A stretch of DNA of 63,539 nt, counting the filler, from Collodictyon triciliatum (taxonomy: Eukaryota), in the NCBI GenBank assembly GCA_043381765.1. It is 6 parts of 6 records of this genome, joined end to end, with 100 filler letters (N's around TTAATTAATTAA, not from the genome) between each part and the next. Parts side by side here need not be neighbours in the genome. Positions count along the whole stretch, not along the records: positions 13,941 to 27,780 come from JBHJMP010001910.1; positions 27,881 to 41,716 come from JBHJMP010001911.1; 4 more parts are not named here. One strand, given 5' to 3'. The notes beneath the pieces are model-generated. The model was not told where the DNA came from and did not search any database. It was given only the letters and a program-made list of their open reading frames with translations. Each line of letters starts with the position of its first letter. Position 1 is the stretch's first letter. Below, one piece after another: positions 26,587 to 40,025 of this stretch. Both the position numbers and the translations under genes were made by a program.

Positions 26587-27780
26587 GTTTTTTATTCTTC
26601 CTTTCTATTTTGTGCATGATTTTGAGTTTCTGGCTTTGGTTCGCTGGCCATCGTTTGCATGGACGCTACTTGGTGGTCGGGTGGAGAGAAGTAGTCGGTA
26701 ATCAGGAATTGCATCCTGCGGTTTGGCCTGTAGCCTGGGTCTTGTGCTTGCATGAGAGATACAAGGCGAGGTTTTATATCCTTCTCAGCCTCTTTCCACA
26801 TGTCTCTTCTCACAGGGTCGGAGTAGTAGAGAACGTGCAGGTGGCGAAGAGAGCTGTTGGGGAAAGAGATTTGTATGATGTCATCCAGCCTGTTATCAGG
26901 AATGGGTGGCTGGTTGTTGAGTCTTGCTTTGCGTGAATAAATGCGTGCTATCCACAAAGTCCATAGCAAATGGCCTCGCGTCACTGCCCAGAATGTTTTT
27001 GCATCTGGACGCAGCTGTTGCAGAGGGCCAAATATCGCCTGTATTGGGACAACAGCCGCAGCTGTCTTGAGTGTCAGTCGAAGAATCTCACCGGTTGTTT
27101 TGTGCAGGTTTTGAGCGAAGGGACACGGCATAAACGTGTGCTCAATGGATTCATCACTGTTGCTGCAAAGTGTGCATTGTTGGGAGACTTTGCCAGCTTT
27201 TGCCGCGCGTGTGCCTATCCATAGCTACCTATTGGTGATATTAAGCATTAGAGAGCGGTGATTTGGAAGGACTTGCGGGGTTCGTGCTTGTCTCCAGCCC
27301 GCGGTGAGCGGGGTGTGGGCGATGCCTAGTGTTTCTCCCCATCGTTGATGTTTTGACTTTTTTTAGGGTGTTGGCGGCGATATTTTGTATCGAAATAATT
27401 TAGAGTAGGCCATAGCCATCGAGAACTGAGTAGACTGCGCACCGTTAGACGAGCGTTCGTTCTTGAGGCGGAAAAAAAATGGCGACGGGATGTCGTATGA
27501 GATTGGTCTGCGTGAGCGCCATTTTCCTTTGTTATTCAGGACGGCTGTGGTTGGCTGTGCATCTTGTGTGCGGAATGCGGTGGAACCTGGGATTGTGATG
27601 TATGAGCCGTCTTCTTTGAATGAGATTTCTCTGATGGTGGCCGCGTTGCCTTCGTGAACCTGTTTGATGATGCAGAAGCCTTTCTGGTTGTCCCAGCATA
27701 TTTGTCCTGCTGCCAATGGCTCGTTCAGGGGTATTGTCATTTCGCAGTGAGTATACAGAATCTGCCAACGCGAGAGCAAA
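26587..27780 (-). mobile_element. 3' part of an L1/Tx1-like LINE ORF2 (family B) with zf-RVT-type CCHC knuckle, two in-frame stops and a poly(A) end; cut by the contig end
   Basis: A single frame reads ..QCTLCSNSDESIEHTFMPCPFA..LLWTLWIARI.., with internal TAA near 27363 and TAG near 27225. The terminus is GAAAGGAAGAATAAAAAA. Confidence 0.85.
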
Positions 27781-27880
27781 NNNNNNNNNNNNNNNNNNNN
27801 NNNNNNNNNNNNNNNNNNNNNNNNTTAATTAATTAANNNNNNNNNNNNNNNNNNNNNNNNNNNNNNNNNNNNNNNNNNNN
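27781..27880. other. Artificial contig spacer
   Basis: 44 N + TTAATTAATTAA + 44 N. Confidence 0.97.
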
Positions 27881-27981
27881 TCTTCTTCTTCTTCTTCTTC
27901 TTCTTCTTCTTCTTCTTCTTCTTCTTCTTCTTCTTCTTCTTCTTCTTCTTCTTCTTCTTCTTCTTCTTCTTCTTCTTCTTC
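27881..27981. repeat. (TCT)n microsatellite at contig edge
   Basis: Direct reading. Confidence 0.95.
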
Positions 27982-28105
27982 ATTAGCTTTATCTATTGTA
28001 ATACTCTTTTTTATTTTTTATTTTATTTTATTTTATTTTATTTTATTTTATTTTATTTTATTTTATTTTATTTATCATTAATTCCAACATTAACTTTAAT
28101 TCAGA

Positions 28106-31100
28106 AATCAGGCGTGGACCCAATGACAGCCTCCCAGAGTAGAACTTTTGAGGCCTTCAAAAAGATTATTGACTCACAATCTCATGTTAAACTTGTTCAG
28201 TTGACTCTCTCACATTTCTTGTTATCCTTGACCAAGGAGCATGCTCCATATGACGTGATAGTTATGGACACGAGATTTTCTTATATCCCAGAAAAGGTTT
28301 CCCCTCCTTTATTTGATTATTCGATTTTTTTCAAACCGATTTTTTTTAGAGGCATATACGATATGGTAAGAATAATCACGAATTATGTGATATATTTGAT
28401 ATTTAAAATACAATAGATTTCTTCATATTCTGCAGAATTGGAGATACCTGTAGTATTGGATTCGACAGGATACCATATCCTGCGGAACAGATCTGAGGCC
28501 ATTCGAATCCTACGAGCTTTTGATGTTTGATTTGATCCCCTTTTTTTTTTTTTATCAAAATAAAAAAGACATCTTGGACTGTTTTAATATAATAATGATG
28601 GTATCTTTGTGAAAAATCTATGCTTTTTTTCTCCTCTCATTAAATCCAAAATTTATAATTTACTAGGTACCTATGCTATCCCAACTCATGATTGAACGAA
28701 AAGAAGGCTTAGAGGAGCCTATCTTACAAGAATATGATGACCATCTCGAGGTTTTCTTTGTCGTGACAATCAATTCTACATAATATTTGAAGTCTAATAT
28801 ATCTAAATAATGGCGATAAGTAAATGTGCTTGACCTTTTTTTTTTTTTAGTTTTTAGTTTTTAGTTTTTAGTTTTTAATTAGGATAGCCCATTTTATTTT
28901 ATCTAAGGTCGCAGCTGGTACTTTTATAAGACCTTTCATTGAAAAACTGCTTAGCTTTGATGATTCTGAAAGCGATACATGGCGCATCTATTTCCCATCT
29001 AGCATAGGTGGAGGGGATATGGAAAGCGATAAAAACGTAAAAATATCCAAAAAAATACTTTTTATCATTTAAGTTTGCCACAAGCTAAATGTCAACTGGA
29101 TTCTAATCTTTATGGTTTTTATATAAAGTAAATGTGAGACCGACCATGTATTATTCTATGTAGGAACCGACCAAAAGTAAAGGATTTCAAAACAGGGTTC
29201 GAAGAGAGACATCTTACATATATCAAGAGTTACCTCCTTGTAGCACCTATATAATAGTTCGTATTAATCACCACTTTTCTCAATATAATTTCACTAATGC
29301 CATTCTTACTAAATAAATATGCATACAATAAGAAAAAAAAGTAGCAGTAATATAAATTTAAGTTTGGCGCTCCGTGCACCTTAGGTGGATATATTGGAGC
29401 CTGCTTTTTACACTGCATATGAGTATCCAATATTGGCGGACCGAAACAGTCTAGATATACCACCCAGATATGATATCAAGAAAAAAGTATGTCTAACCAG
29501 CAAAGAAGTCGCCCTGATTTCTCAGGTTTATTTTATTTTATTTTATTTTTACTTTTTCTTTGTTCTTTTATGAAAACGAAATCTAGTCTCATGTATTTAA
29601 TGGAAACGTAGCTTGAGGTTAGAGTGATACTAATTAGCCGTTGTTAGATTTACCCCTACATTCAAACCCCGTTTGAGATGCATATTTGTCGAACCATGGA
29701 TGTCTCATATGTTACAGATTTGGTTGAGAGCAGAAGTGATTCGGCAGCCAGCAAACTTTCCCATAAACTTATGAAAGTCGCATATAATATTTTATATGAT
29801 CTATATGAAATCTCCAATTTAAATTTATCATTTCCCAAATCAGACCAAGAAAAGCGTATAATTCCATAGAAAGCAATTTTATATTATTAATGTTTCCTTC
29901 TTTCTTTCCCCATCTATTATTCAGGAAATTGGAGACATCATACCCATAAGGAGAACTGAAAAAAAGAGTGGCGGATCGGTCAGTTATTTGTATCAAACTT
30001 TAAGTACTTCTTCAGGTGGCACAAGTTTGTCCGTCAAGGGGGCCTCTATACCCTCGAATAAGAAAAAAGGGCGAATTATAGTGATGAGACATGGCAATCG
30101 AACTCCGAAGAGGAAAGTCAAGTTTAGCACCACAGACAGCCTTTTCATAGATTACTACGCCCTTGTACAACCGAACTTTGGGGAGGAATATAGGACCACC
30201 GAATGGTCAAACCTGATTTCGCTTTACAATTTCCTTTGCGATGTTATCAAAATCGCAGAAAATCTAGATTCAGCACCCGAGGGACACTCTCCTGATTATC
30301 CCGTCGAAAGTGTGCATGTTGTTTGTCGCGTACTGTCCCACGCCCTTCAACAAAAATCTCCCTGGATGGGGGAAACTCTCCGCACTTTAAAGTTTCAGCT
30401 TCGTCCTGATATAATGAATGATAGTGCGGATATGTATGGCCCAGATGTTGAGCAAATTACATTCATCTTCAAATGGGGTGGCGATCTGTCCCATATTGGT
30501 TGCAAACAATCACAATACCTCGGGTCATCGTTCAGAGCGGGACATGAAGAAGGTAGGGATTTTAAAGTAGTTGTCTTATGAAAAATTCGCTTACTTTTTT
30601 TTTTTTTGTGTGTTCAATTATGGCATAAATCTACTAAGAATCGTTAAGAATGTGATATGATTGCCAGATTTTTATAATCCAAAAAAAAAAAGTTTTAGAA
30701 TCATGATAATATTATATAATGTAATTGTGCTTCATGTTTTGAATTGAGTGGAGGAAAAAATATTATGCTTTATATATAAACATTTAACGAAAATATATAC
30801 TGCATAATTCCCACCATTTAGTCCGAAATGCGCAATTTATCACCGCATCAGAGCCTAGAATAAAATTGAGCGCTGCGGCTTTCGCAAAAGGTTTCTCGGA
30901 GCCCTATATGACTATACCACATATAGTTATGTTTAAGGTATGAAAGTAACCATCTTTGGTATTACTTAGTACAACTCTCTTAGATATTTACAACAAACGT
31001 TGCACTATAAGTTTATTCCATATTTTTTTATTTTCTCAATTTATTTATATTTACGAAAAATTGTAGATTCAATCCGACCAAGCTAGTGACGGGCTTTTAG

Positions 31101-32567
31101 ATGACTCCTCCCGGGCAAACGACATTATTCGTAGCTCAAAAAACCAACTTGGGTCGTTCTTAAATATCAAACAGGAACTTGACTCTCCCCTTATTAGACT
31201 GGGGGCTCCTACGAGAAGCAAATCTCTACTAAAGATATTGGAGGAGATTAAAAATCCATATGAGTTAGTTAATACATTTATGTATTTGTTTGAATTGAAT
31301 GCAGCCATATTATGTTTGCTTGCCTTTCTATTTATTTATCGATTTATATATCGATTTAACGATATATTCTAAAACAATAAGCTTTTTCTAACGAATATGT
31401 TTTCATGATAGCTATGTGTCACAGCTCCACAAACACGTGGAAGCCTTTGTCCAAGAACTTTATGTATTTAAAGAAAAATGCACGGGCTCCTCCTCAGTAC
31501 AGTTGAGTGATGGAGAGGTCATTTCAGACTTGGTTGACCGTTGGGTGATACAAGAGAAATCATTGAAAAAAAATGCCCGGGTTTATTCTTGCTTTGATTT
31601 ATATAGATATCTCTGTTGCATCATAATTCACCTCGCTATAACACTTATGTGCATCATATGCCTTTTTGTATGCACATCCTCAATTATATTTGATTCACCG
31701 AGTCATTAAACTTTATACCCAGGACTCATTCGATATATCGACGATTCCAGACATATTTAATTATGCAAAGTACGATTGCCTGCACAACCCCATGTTGCCT
31801 ATGGGCGAACTGAAACAAATCTACAAATTATCAAAAACATTGCATGACTTTGTTATCCCACAAGAGTACGGCGTTTTGAAGACCGAAAAACTAGGAATTG
31901 CTCAATTGATTGCTTCGCCTTTGGCTTGGGAGATTGCGCGGCTGCTAGAATACCATCACACATCCTTAACAAACACCGATCTGCCGTACCCATCACAGTG
32001 GTACAACTCTGACCATTTCTTTTTTACAGCAGAATCTCATATTCACGCTCTTTTAAATCTAATGCGATATGGAGATAGTCAAGAGGTTAGCATATTACCT
32101 GCCCTTTTTTTTCTTTTCTTCCTTCATTTAGTAGAATATGTCTCGATAATCCCCTTTATTAACTTTACATTTGCTTCTTTTTTTTACTTGCCTTATGTTG
32201 TATTGGCATAGAAACCAATCACCGTGTATCTGGTTTCCACTATACTTAGTCTCAAGAAAACTACTTTTAGGGTTCCGTTATCGACCCTGGAGCGCTGGCG
32301 GTACTTGAGGAGATTGAAGATTTAGACTACAACTCTTACATCGCTTTTGAAGTATATAACAGCCCGATGTCTAACGAAGATGATACATATCAGACCTTGG
32401 TTAATATCTCCATCGGCACGCGGTGCGATTTAATGGGAGTCCCCAACACTCAGGACATCATTTGTGAATCTGGCGAGCCCCAAGTCCGAACCTTGTGCAA
32501 AGGACGGAATGTCTCTGAGGTTATTCAACAATTACGCGCTCTATCTGCTCAATTCAAGGACGCTTGA
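28106..32567 (+). CDS. VIP1: VIP1/PPIP5K-like inositol pyrophosphate kinase/phosphatase, divergent, multi-exon, probably 5'-partial
   Basis: The histidine-phosphatase domain has VMRHGNRTPKRKVK, FKWGGDLSH, SAAAFAKG, DISTIPDIFNYAKYDCLHN, VIPQEYG, FFTAESHIHALLN and LDYNSYIAFEVY. The N-terminal ATP-grasp-like part has PFIEK, IYFPSSIGGG and SYIYQE. Confidence 0.85.
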
Positions 32568-32936
32568 CTCTTTCAAACAGAACAAAGAACAGAATAAATG
32601 AAACAAAACAAAAAAAAAACCTAGAGACAAAAACAACATATGATATTTAGCTTACACTTATATCAAGATACCAGACAATTTTCTTTGTATGCCAGATAAT
32701 TATGTGGCAAATAAATCATGTGTCTGTATAAAGGAATAGACGAAAGAGTGAAAGAAAATGTTAGGGGCGTTCGTTTCTTACTGTTATTGCCCACGGTCGA
32801 GTGTGGGAATAAAAGAGTAAAATAAGGCCTTTTGGCCAGAGAAGGGATATAGCCTCTCATTTGGTGGTGTGGTTTATAGTCGGTGTAATAGGAATGGGTC
32901 GGGAAGAAGTATATCTTTTTGGGAATGAGGAATGTC

Positions 32937-35900
32937 TCACTGCGGAGAGTCGCTTTGAGCTAATTCAGGTGGTTGGTTAGATGATGATTGAGGAACGACT
33001 GCTGCTGCACTCAAGGAGGCAGGCACCAAGCTTGGACTCTGTGTCTGGTTTGATTCATAGCATGGGTCACAGACACGAGAAAGAGCCCCGGTCACGTAAA
33101 GCTTCTTTGTTGAACAAGCCCCACAAACTACGTCTCCACATTTTCTGCAATGATGCTGCAGGATAGGGTTTCGGTTAATTAGTATTCCTTGGTCCATAGT
33201 TTGAATCGGATAAAGGAGGGAGGTATTTCCTGTCTGTGTTATCAAGAACGCAAGAGATGATGGGTTTTGGCGAGTGAATAGATAGAGTATGAGAAGAAGA
33301 AAAAGAAAAACATACACGTCTGTTGGTCAGAGTAAACTTCACGTCGCAAACTGAACACGAAGTCGTCGTTGAATCCTGTTTCCACACAGGGGCATGTGTT
33401 GTATCTTCATCTCCTTTTAGAAGGAAAGGCAAATGGATATTCTGCGTGTGTTTATATCGTAACACAAATCATCAAATGAAGCTAATCTCAACGAACCCTT
33501 TTTTGAGCCAAGGCTTTTCTTGAATTCCCTCAAAGTGTCATCTATTGATAACATCCACGCGTCCTTCTCCTCTTGAGTGTCTGTTTTTACCACAAATGAT
33601 TTTTTCAAGCTACGAACAGTAAATCCATAGTACTCTAGAAAAATTCAAATCATTAACAAACTATATAAAAATTATCAAATAAGTGTGTGGAACATCATAG
33701 CGGGAAACTGCAGATAATCAGAGCTACTGAATTCGATGCAATAAAATGCTTGAACGGAATCAACTATCACCCTGGCTGCTGTCATTTGCTATAGATAAGT
33801 CGTTCATGCTAATTTGCTGTGATAATTTCACGCTTCCATCGGCAGCTCTTTGCCCATAAATCATGAGGTCGTTGAATAAATAAAACATTCTCCGTTTGTC
33901 TTCTTTTCGACAAACTTTAATAAGATTCCCTTCCTTGACGAATCTACGATGAGAATCCACTAACTATAGGTGACAATAAATAATAGATTAGCTCATTAAC
34001 CATACGTATCAAATTAAGTGGTTTGATAAACCTGAATTTCTCCGTTGAGTTTTTGTTGAATTTGTAAAATCTTATTTCGGCTTTCTTGCTCCTTAATAGC
34101 CTCGTTGATTTTGGAAGCGACGACTCTCACTTGTTCAAGGGCCTTCACAAATAAGTGCACATAAAATTATGATATCACCGATATAATATATACAAAGGAG
34201 GCATACTTGGCAAAGTCCGTTATAGTCGGCATGACCGTCATTTGTGTGTTTGACAATATCCTAATAGAAATGACCAATATCAGTGAGGTTTGTTCAAAAA
34301 AAAAAACATTGGATTAGCAAGAGGAAGAAAAAAAAAAGAAGGAAAATAGAAAAACATACTCCTAGTAGCAATGTGTATCGGGGAATTCTTTGAACTGGCA
34401 TAATCAAAAATGACCGAATGTCAAGACCGTTACCGCCTTCTTTTTGCTTCATTTCCTGTTCGCGATTAATAGTATTCATAAGTGATATATAATCAATTAA
34501 AATGTAATATAAACTGTGCGAAAAGTGCGACTCCATAGAAATTACAGAAAAAAATGAAGAATAAGTAGCTTTCAAAATATTTTATGGTCTGAATTATACT
34601 GGAAGCAAGGAGATATGTGGCCATACCATTATAAATTGTAGGAAGCGCGGATTTTGCTTTTCTAATTCTTGAATCTTCTTCACAGCATCATCAAAACCGA
34701 CGCAATATTGGGTATACATTTTCAGGAAGGGGATCTAATAGAGAGATAAAGTGTTTGGCCCAAGAAGGAGGAATAGAAGAAAAGATATTGTTTTTAATTT
34801 TTCAACCGTGTTGATAGCTCAACTCTAGCACTTTTAATCGAATATAGAAGGGAAATTTGAAAGGAAGAATGATATTAAAAAAAAAAAAAAGAAAGGAAAA
34901 ACATGTTCAGGGTTCATGAGTTAACATTTTAAAAAGGTAGTTATCATCTACGTTTCTTTTGATTATGAGAAAGAAAGAAAAAAAAAGAGTCACCAGTGAT
35001 TGCATAGCATCGGCAAGAGTGGCCTCACTGGACCAGTTTTTAATCTTGTCGTACAGTTTCTTCAAAAGTTCTTCATTCACCTTCAAGATATGCGTAATGG
35101 AAGAGAAAATGACAAAAATGTCCTTTGATCCAATTATTTCATCCAAAGGCTTGATATATTCCTATTTCATGTCCATTTTTTTTTTAATTAGCTAGGAAAT
35201 ATTGTGGAGGGGTTTCGGCGATTTCAAATTAAAAAAAAATACCAATAGAGTAAAATATGAATGTTTGGCGTTGCCATCTTTTACAACAGGTTGAAGAGGT
35301 GCACATTGGCTTCTACCTTCTCCAAAAATCGCAAGCTTCTGACGTAGGACTGCTCTGTGGTGAATAGCTCTCTGGCTACTTTGTCTCTGTGTTGAGGAAA
35401 GTTTTCTGACACTGGCGCATATTCGAGCATCGATTCGATTGACACAGGGCTCTGAATGTCAGATACTGGTTTCTAAAATATCACAAATAAATCATTAAAA
35501 GGGAGGTTACTTTTTCTTTTCCTATGTAATATTTGGTTTGTAAGTCAAGCGGTATTTTTTGTTTCTTCTTTTTGACCCGCGAATGAATACAATTAAATTA
35601 TATGGAGCGTATATTCAACGTTGCATACTGAGACAAATTAAAAATGTGAAAGTAGAGACCATCACAGCGCATACTTATCATACAATCGAAAAATACACCG
35701 AGAAAAAAGAAAAAGAAGCAAGATATCGCTTCATTCATAAGCATTTCCATTTTATTGCTCTTTTCTTCTTTTCTGGGACACACATTAGCATAAAACTTAC
35801 AAATTCTGAGGAACGTGACGATATGGAGCTGAACGAACTGCTGCGCGACAAGACAGTTCCCTCCGAGGCAAATCTCAAGACTGCAGGCTTCAAAGCATCC

Positions 35901-36647
35901 TTCAGCTGCTGAATCTTCTCACCTGACGGCTTTGGCGGCACCACAGGAACAGACTTTGGCGATGGGCGCGCATCTGACTGAACCCCCGTAGTGGCTGCAA
36001 CAAAGCGGGACGCGATTTCCTCTGCGGTCTGCTCTGCTTCGCCCTCCGGGTTGGTCACCTCCACAATCAGTTGGGTTGGCTCTACTGAGACGCGCGCCAA
36101 AGAGTTTGACCGGATGCGAAGCAGTGTGGATTGCAGTTCCGTGTTGCTCACTGCAAAAGTCCCAGTTTGCCGCGGAGTCGAGGGCGATTCAGTCTGAGTC
36201 GGCAATGTCGGGGCCGCAGCCTCGGAAGCAGGCGGTGGCTTCACAGAAAGCATCTTCGAGCCGGCCCGATGGATGCGTGGAGGAGGTGGAGGCGGCTGCG
36301 GTTTGGGTGAGCTGTATAATGTGTGAATTTTTTTGTTTTTATTTTTCTCCTTTTTATTTTTATTTTCATGTTTATTTTGTTTATTTTTTCCTCAAAGAAA
36401 TAATGTGATAGAAAATATATTAATATAATATAAAATAAGACAAGAGGACACGAGAAAAGAAGTAATTAATGTAAAATGAAAGGAACAAAAAAAAAAAAGA
36501 CAAAAAAAAGACAACACAAGAGAATATAAACTCCTCGTTTTCTCTGCCGTTTGGAAAGTCAAGACAATCCAATAGTAGCTCATAATTAACATTAGCATAT
36601 GTAAGGTGAGGGGCTACATACACAGGAACCGCATCTTGTGTTTCCAT
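32937..36647 (-). CDS. FGD-like RhoGEF (DH)-PH-FYVE protein, multi-exon
   Basis: The DH domain has IPFLKMYTQYC and SFLIMPVQRIPRYTLLL. The PH domain has RRFVKEGNL..RMFYLFNDLMIY. The FYVE domain has WKQD..CSVC..RR|HHCRKCG..VC..RVCDPC. The N-terminus is Pro-rich and splices in frame from METQDAVPV. Confidence 0.9.
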
Positions 36648-37298
36648 GACGAAGTTAGGGTGAGGCTGCGCTGGCTGGAACCGAGTTTTAACTGGGCCTG
36701 AAAGGTAAACAGGAAGAAGAGAATCAATCTTTGCACTAAACCAAACATATGATCAAGAAAAAAGAAGAGGAAATAAATAAAAATAAATAAATAAAAAAAG
36801 GAATATAAGGAATGTCCTATGCGTATTCGGCACTCATGCTGGTGGTTGATGTTCTCCAAGAGCAACTGCTTGTTTATCAGCGCCGATCGGCCAGAGTCCT
36901 GTCCGTATTGACGTTTGAAGCGGTTTGCAAATCCAAAGACCCGAATCCAGACAACTAAAAAACACAAATAAAGTAATGATGCCATATTTATATTCCAGCT
37001 TTAACATCCTAACATGGAAACTATATCTGCGCTTTGAACGCAGCACATTATCGCATTCTGCCATTGAATCGAATAAAAATAAAAAATAAATAGCATTCTA
37101 CTCATTCGCTGTGTGGTGTTGGCAGCTTTCTTGGTTGTGTTGATTGTAAGATTATTTGATTATTATTTTTTTACAACGATAATGCTATGGAGGGGATGTT
37201 CAATCCAACAGAAGACTGGTTAGCTAGAGTCCATCTTGGTCGAATGTATTGTCTTTTATTTTTCTGTAATGGGCTCCGGTTGGGTGGGTGTGTTTTAC

Positions 37299-39254
37299 TC
37301 AAAAGAATTCATCAGCATCGTCGTACGCATCGTGGACATAATCGTCCTTTTCGACCAGTGCAGTTGGCTTCTTGGCCGGGGCTAAATGTTCATTTCTCTT
37401 AGACTTTGGTATCCTTTATGCGTAGGGATAATAACATGCTCAGCTAATACTTGAATGTGTAGTAACCATTAGTTACCTTTCGTTGGTTTGCCCTTCGATG
37501 CTTTCTCCTTCTTTTGGATTTCGTTGAAGACGGCCGAGACCACAGTATTGATTTCACTGACCTCCAGAGATTTCAGTTGGGCGGTCGACAAGCGAATCAG
37601 CTGTTTGAGGAAAGGCAGATAATTGGGGTCTTTCTGCGACGGGTAATTTGATATTTTGTTAAGATTTGATGCGTCTCTCACTTTTAATCGAATAAAGGGG
37701 GAAAAAATTGTTGCATCTCTAATATGTCTTATTTGTCAAAAAAAAAAAAAGTTGTCAAATATAGTACTAGTGTGGAAACGGAACTAAGGAACTAGAAGAG
37801 ATTTAGAACTTGTATGTAATATGTATGTTCTTTTTTTTTTTAAAAAAAAAATCGTTCGTGCTGATGGAATTTGAGTTTACCTCAAAAGTCTTGAATTTGT
37901 TGGATAACATGTCAGCATATGCATTAAAGTCTGCCGCAGTTTTTGGTTTGTAAGAGTCTAACGTCACCGCGCCACTGGCCTCTTTTGTGTGATTGATGGT
38001 TGGTGAGTATGTTGATTATTTGGCAATATATATAATTCAAGGAAGTAAAGGGATTATATACACGTAATGTTGGCAGTTTCTCAAATATGATATTCAAGTC
38101 AACGCATGAATTCGCCCATACGCTGTCCATGATAATCATATGTTGTTTGGTTCTATTTCATAAAGGGGAAAAAAACTCAAAATCACTCCCACCTGAACGC
38201 ACCCCAGAGAATAAGTCGACTGCATTTTCATAATCCGCACCCTCTACTTGTCTACACAGGATTTTTCAAAGACAGATAAAAAAAATAAATGTGACATTTG
38301 AAAGTGATTATTTCCCTCTTTTTGTCGACTACATAAACTTTGACTGGCGGTGGTAAATTGCAACCGCACTAACCTTTTCTCGCGCTCACGAACAGTCATC
38401 ATGTCCTCCAAATCGTCCATTTTGCTTCGTACAGGCTCGTTTGTTTTCGCCGCAGCTTTTCCTAGACGGAATACATACTTATGTAACAGTTATCTGGTGT
38501 ATTCCCCAAACAAGATTTTTATCATGAGCTGAATCCCGTTGTCTCGATTAATCACATGTCATTTTAACATCTCATATCATAATCCAGTGTATGCATATGT
38601 AGAATTGTAATTTTCACCACTTTAGTGGGTCAGTGCGAATCATATTGGAATGAATAATATAGAATGAAAGAGATAGAAACCTTTTGCAGCAGTAGCAGGG
38701 GCTGCTTTTGCCGGGGCTGCTTTAACAGGAGCTGCTTTGACAGGAGCTGCTTTGGGTGGTTCTGCTTGCTTCACTTCGGGTTCTTCCGCATCCCAAGAGT
38801 CCGGAATGTCATCTGCTTTTTCGTCGTCCCAGTTGTCAGGTGCACTAACGTCAACTTTTGCGTCTTCCTCTGCAAGAAATGAATTCTTTGTTATTTCTAC
38901 AGTTATTTGTCAGTTTTATGGCATAACCTCGCTACACTTTGAATCGAATAAAGGAAAAAAAAATTTGTCAGTTTTATAGAGTCACTGCGACCTTCTACCA
39001 GGAAGTTAGTTTCGGGGTTAAGAGTATCAATAGAATACAGGTAGAGTATTTTAAAGATCAAGTCACTCCAATACATACAACACGTTTCGTCATATGTCTA
39101 CTCCAAGAAAAGGAGAAGAAAAGGAGAAGATAAGAAGGACTAGAAAAATGGAAAAATGGAAAAATGGAAAAATAGACAAATAGAAATAATAGAACCGATT
39201 GTTAGACATTTAGACAAAATCAAGGTTTCTGTGTGCTTTACCCCAGTCAGCCAT
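37299..39254 (-). CDS. EIF3J: Translation initiation factor 3 subunit J, multi-exon
   Basis: MADW start, acidic DNWDD/DSWD N-terminus, YLPFLKQLIR..EIQKKEKASKGK and C-terminal DDYVHDAYDDADEFF*. Confidence 0.8.
37679..37707 (+). mobile_element. 29-bp family A LINE-tail insertion with degenerate TSD, in an eIF3j intron
   Basis: CACTTTTAATCGAATAAAGGGGGAAAAAA flanked by TTGATGCGTCTCT (37666-37678) and TTGTTGCATCTCT (37708-37720). Confidence 0.7.
38920..38962 (+). mobile_element. 43-bp family A LINE-tail insertion with a perfect 15-bp TSD, in eIF3j intron 1
   Basis: GGCATAACCTCGCTACACTTTGAATCGAATAAAGGAAAAAAAA matches the LINE end at 14214-14256. ATTTGTCAGTTTTAT lies on both sides (38905-38919 and 38963-38977). 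Confidence 0.9.
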
Positions 39255-40025
39255 TTAATGCAGATCTTTCACAACGAGTCTCAAGATTAGGTGCGATCTT
39301 GTAATAGGATTAAAGTTAATGCACAGAAGAATAGACTTTCGAGAGGTAAAGACAAACAAACATAAAAATTTAGAATAATAATACAAATATAAAAAAAAAT
39401 GATAAAAAGTCAGACGAAGTAGCCCAATAATCAAAACAACGGAAGCTGTTGAGAACCCGACCCCCAAAGGTCACACAGGGTATATTGCAAAAGCTGTAAG
39501 AATGGGCGATGTCGCTTTGAGGACCATCTCAAATATACTTGAGCCTGCGACTCTGAGACTGTTTGCTCAGTCGGTCTTTGTGTGGCCATCAAAGCTTTAT
39601 GTGTCGGGCTTCCATAAAGACTAAGCGGGCCGATTCTTTCTGCATCCACTCGACATCGTAGCAGATTTGTCGATGTTTCGATTTGAGGCAAACCAGACCG
39701 AAAATTCAATCAGAATGAGAAAATCTGGAATAATAACCTTATTATAAAAGATATATGTGGAAAAAATGAAATACAATATATTATTACTTTATATTGCTAT
39801 TTATAATCTTGATCTGACATTAAAAAATATCTGAAGTAAAATGATAATCATTATATATTGATTGAGGAGGATTTTCCTCTTTTGGTGCTTCTTTTGCTTG
39901 TCTTGCCATTGCAATCAGGTGTGCTTTTCAGGAGTTTTGATTGCCAAAGATTCGCAAAGACCAGACAAAGGCGCAGGCGGAAAAGCATCTGAAGACCCTC
40001 AAAGATACTAAAGGGATAGATCGGA

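Noticed and set aside
27220-27365. In-frame TAA/TAG in the LINE ORF2 as evidence of stop-codon reassignment
   Set aside because: Host genes end in TAA, TAG and TGA, and long host ORFs have no internal stops. These are decay mutations.
36834-37064. SH3-like N-terminal exon of the RhoGEF (GLWICK..TGLWP)
   Set aside because: That frame ends in a stop, while the ATG at 36647 splices cleanly in frame. It is treated as 5' UTR.
38150-38176. TAAAGGGGAAAAAAA, and a similar reverse fragment near 32150, as further LINE-tail copies
   Set aside because: The TTGAATCGAA core is missing and no convincing TSD is visible, so they were not counted.
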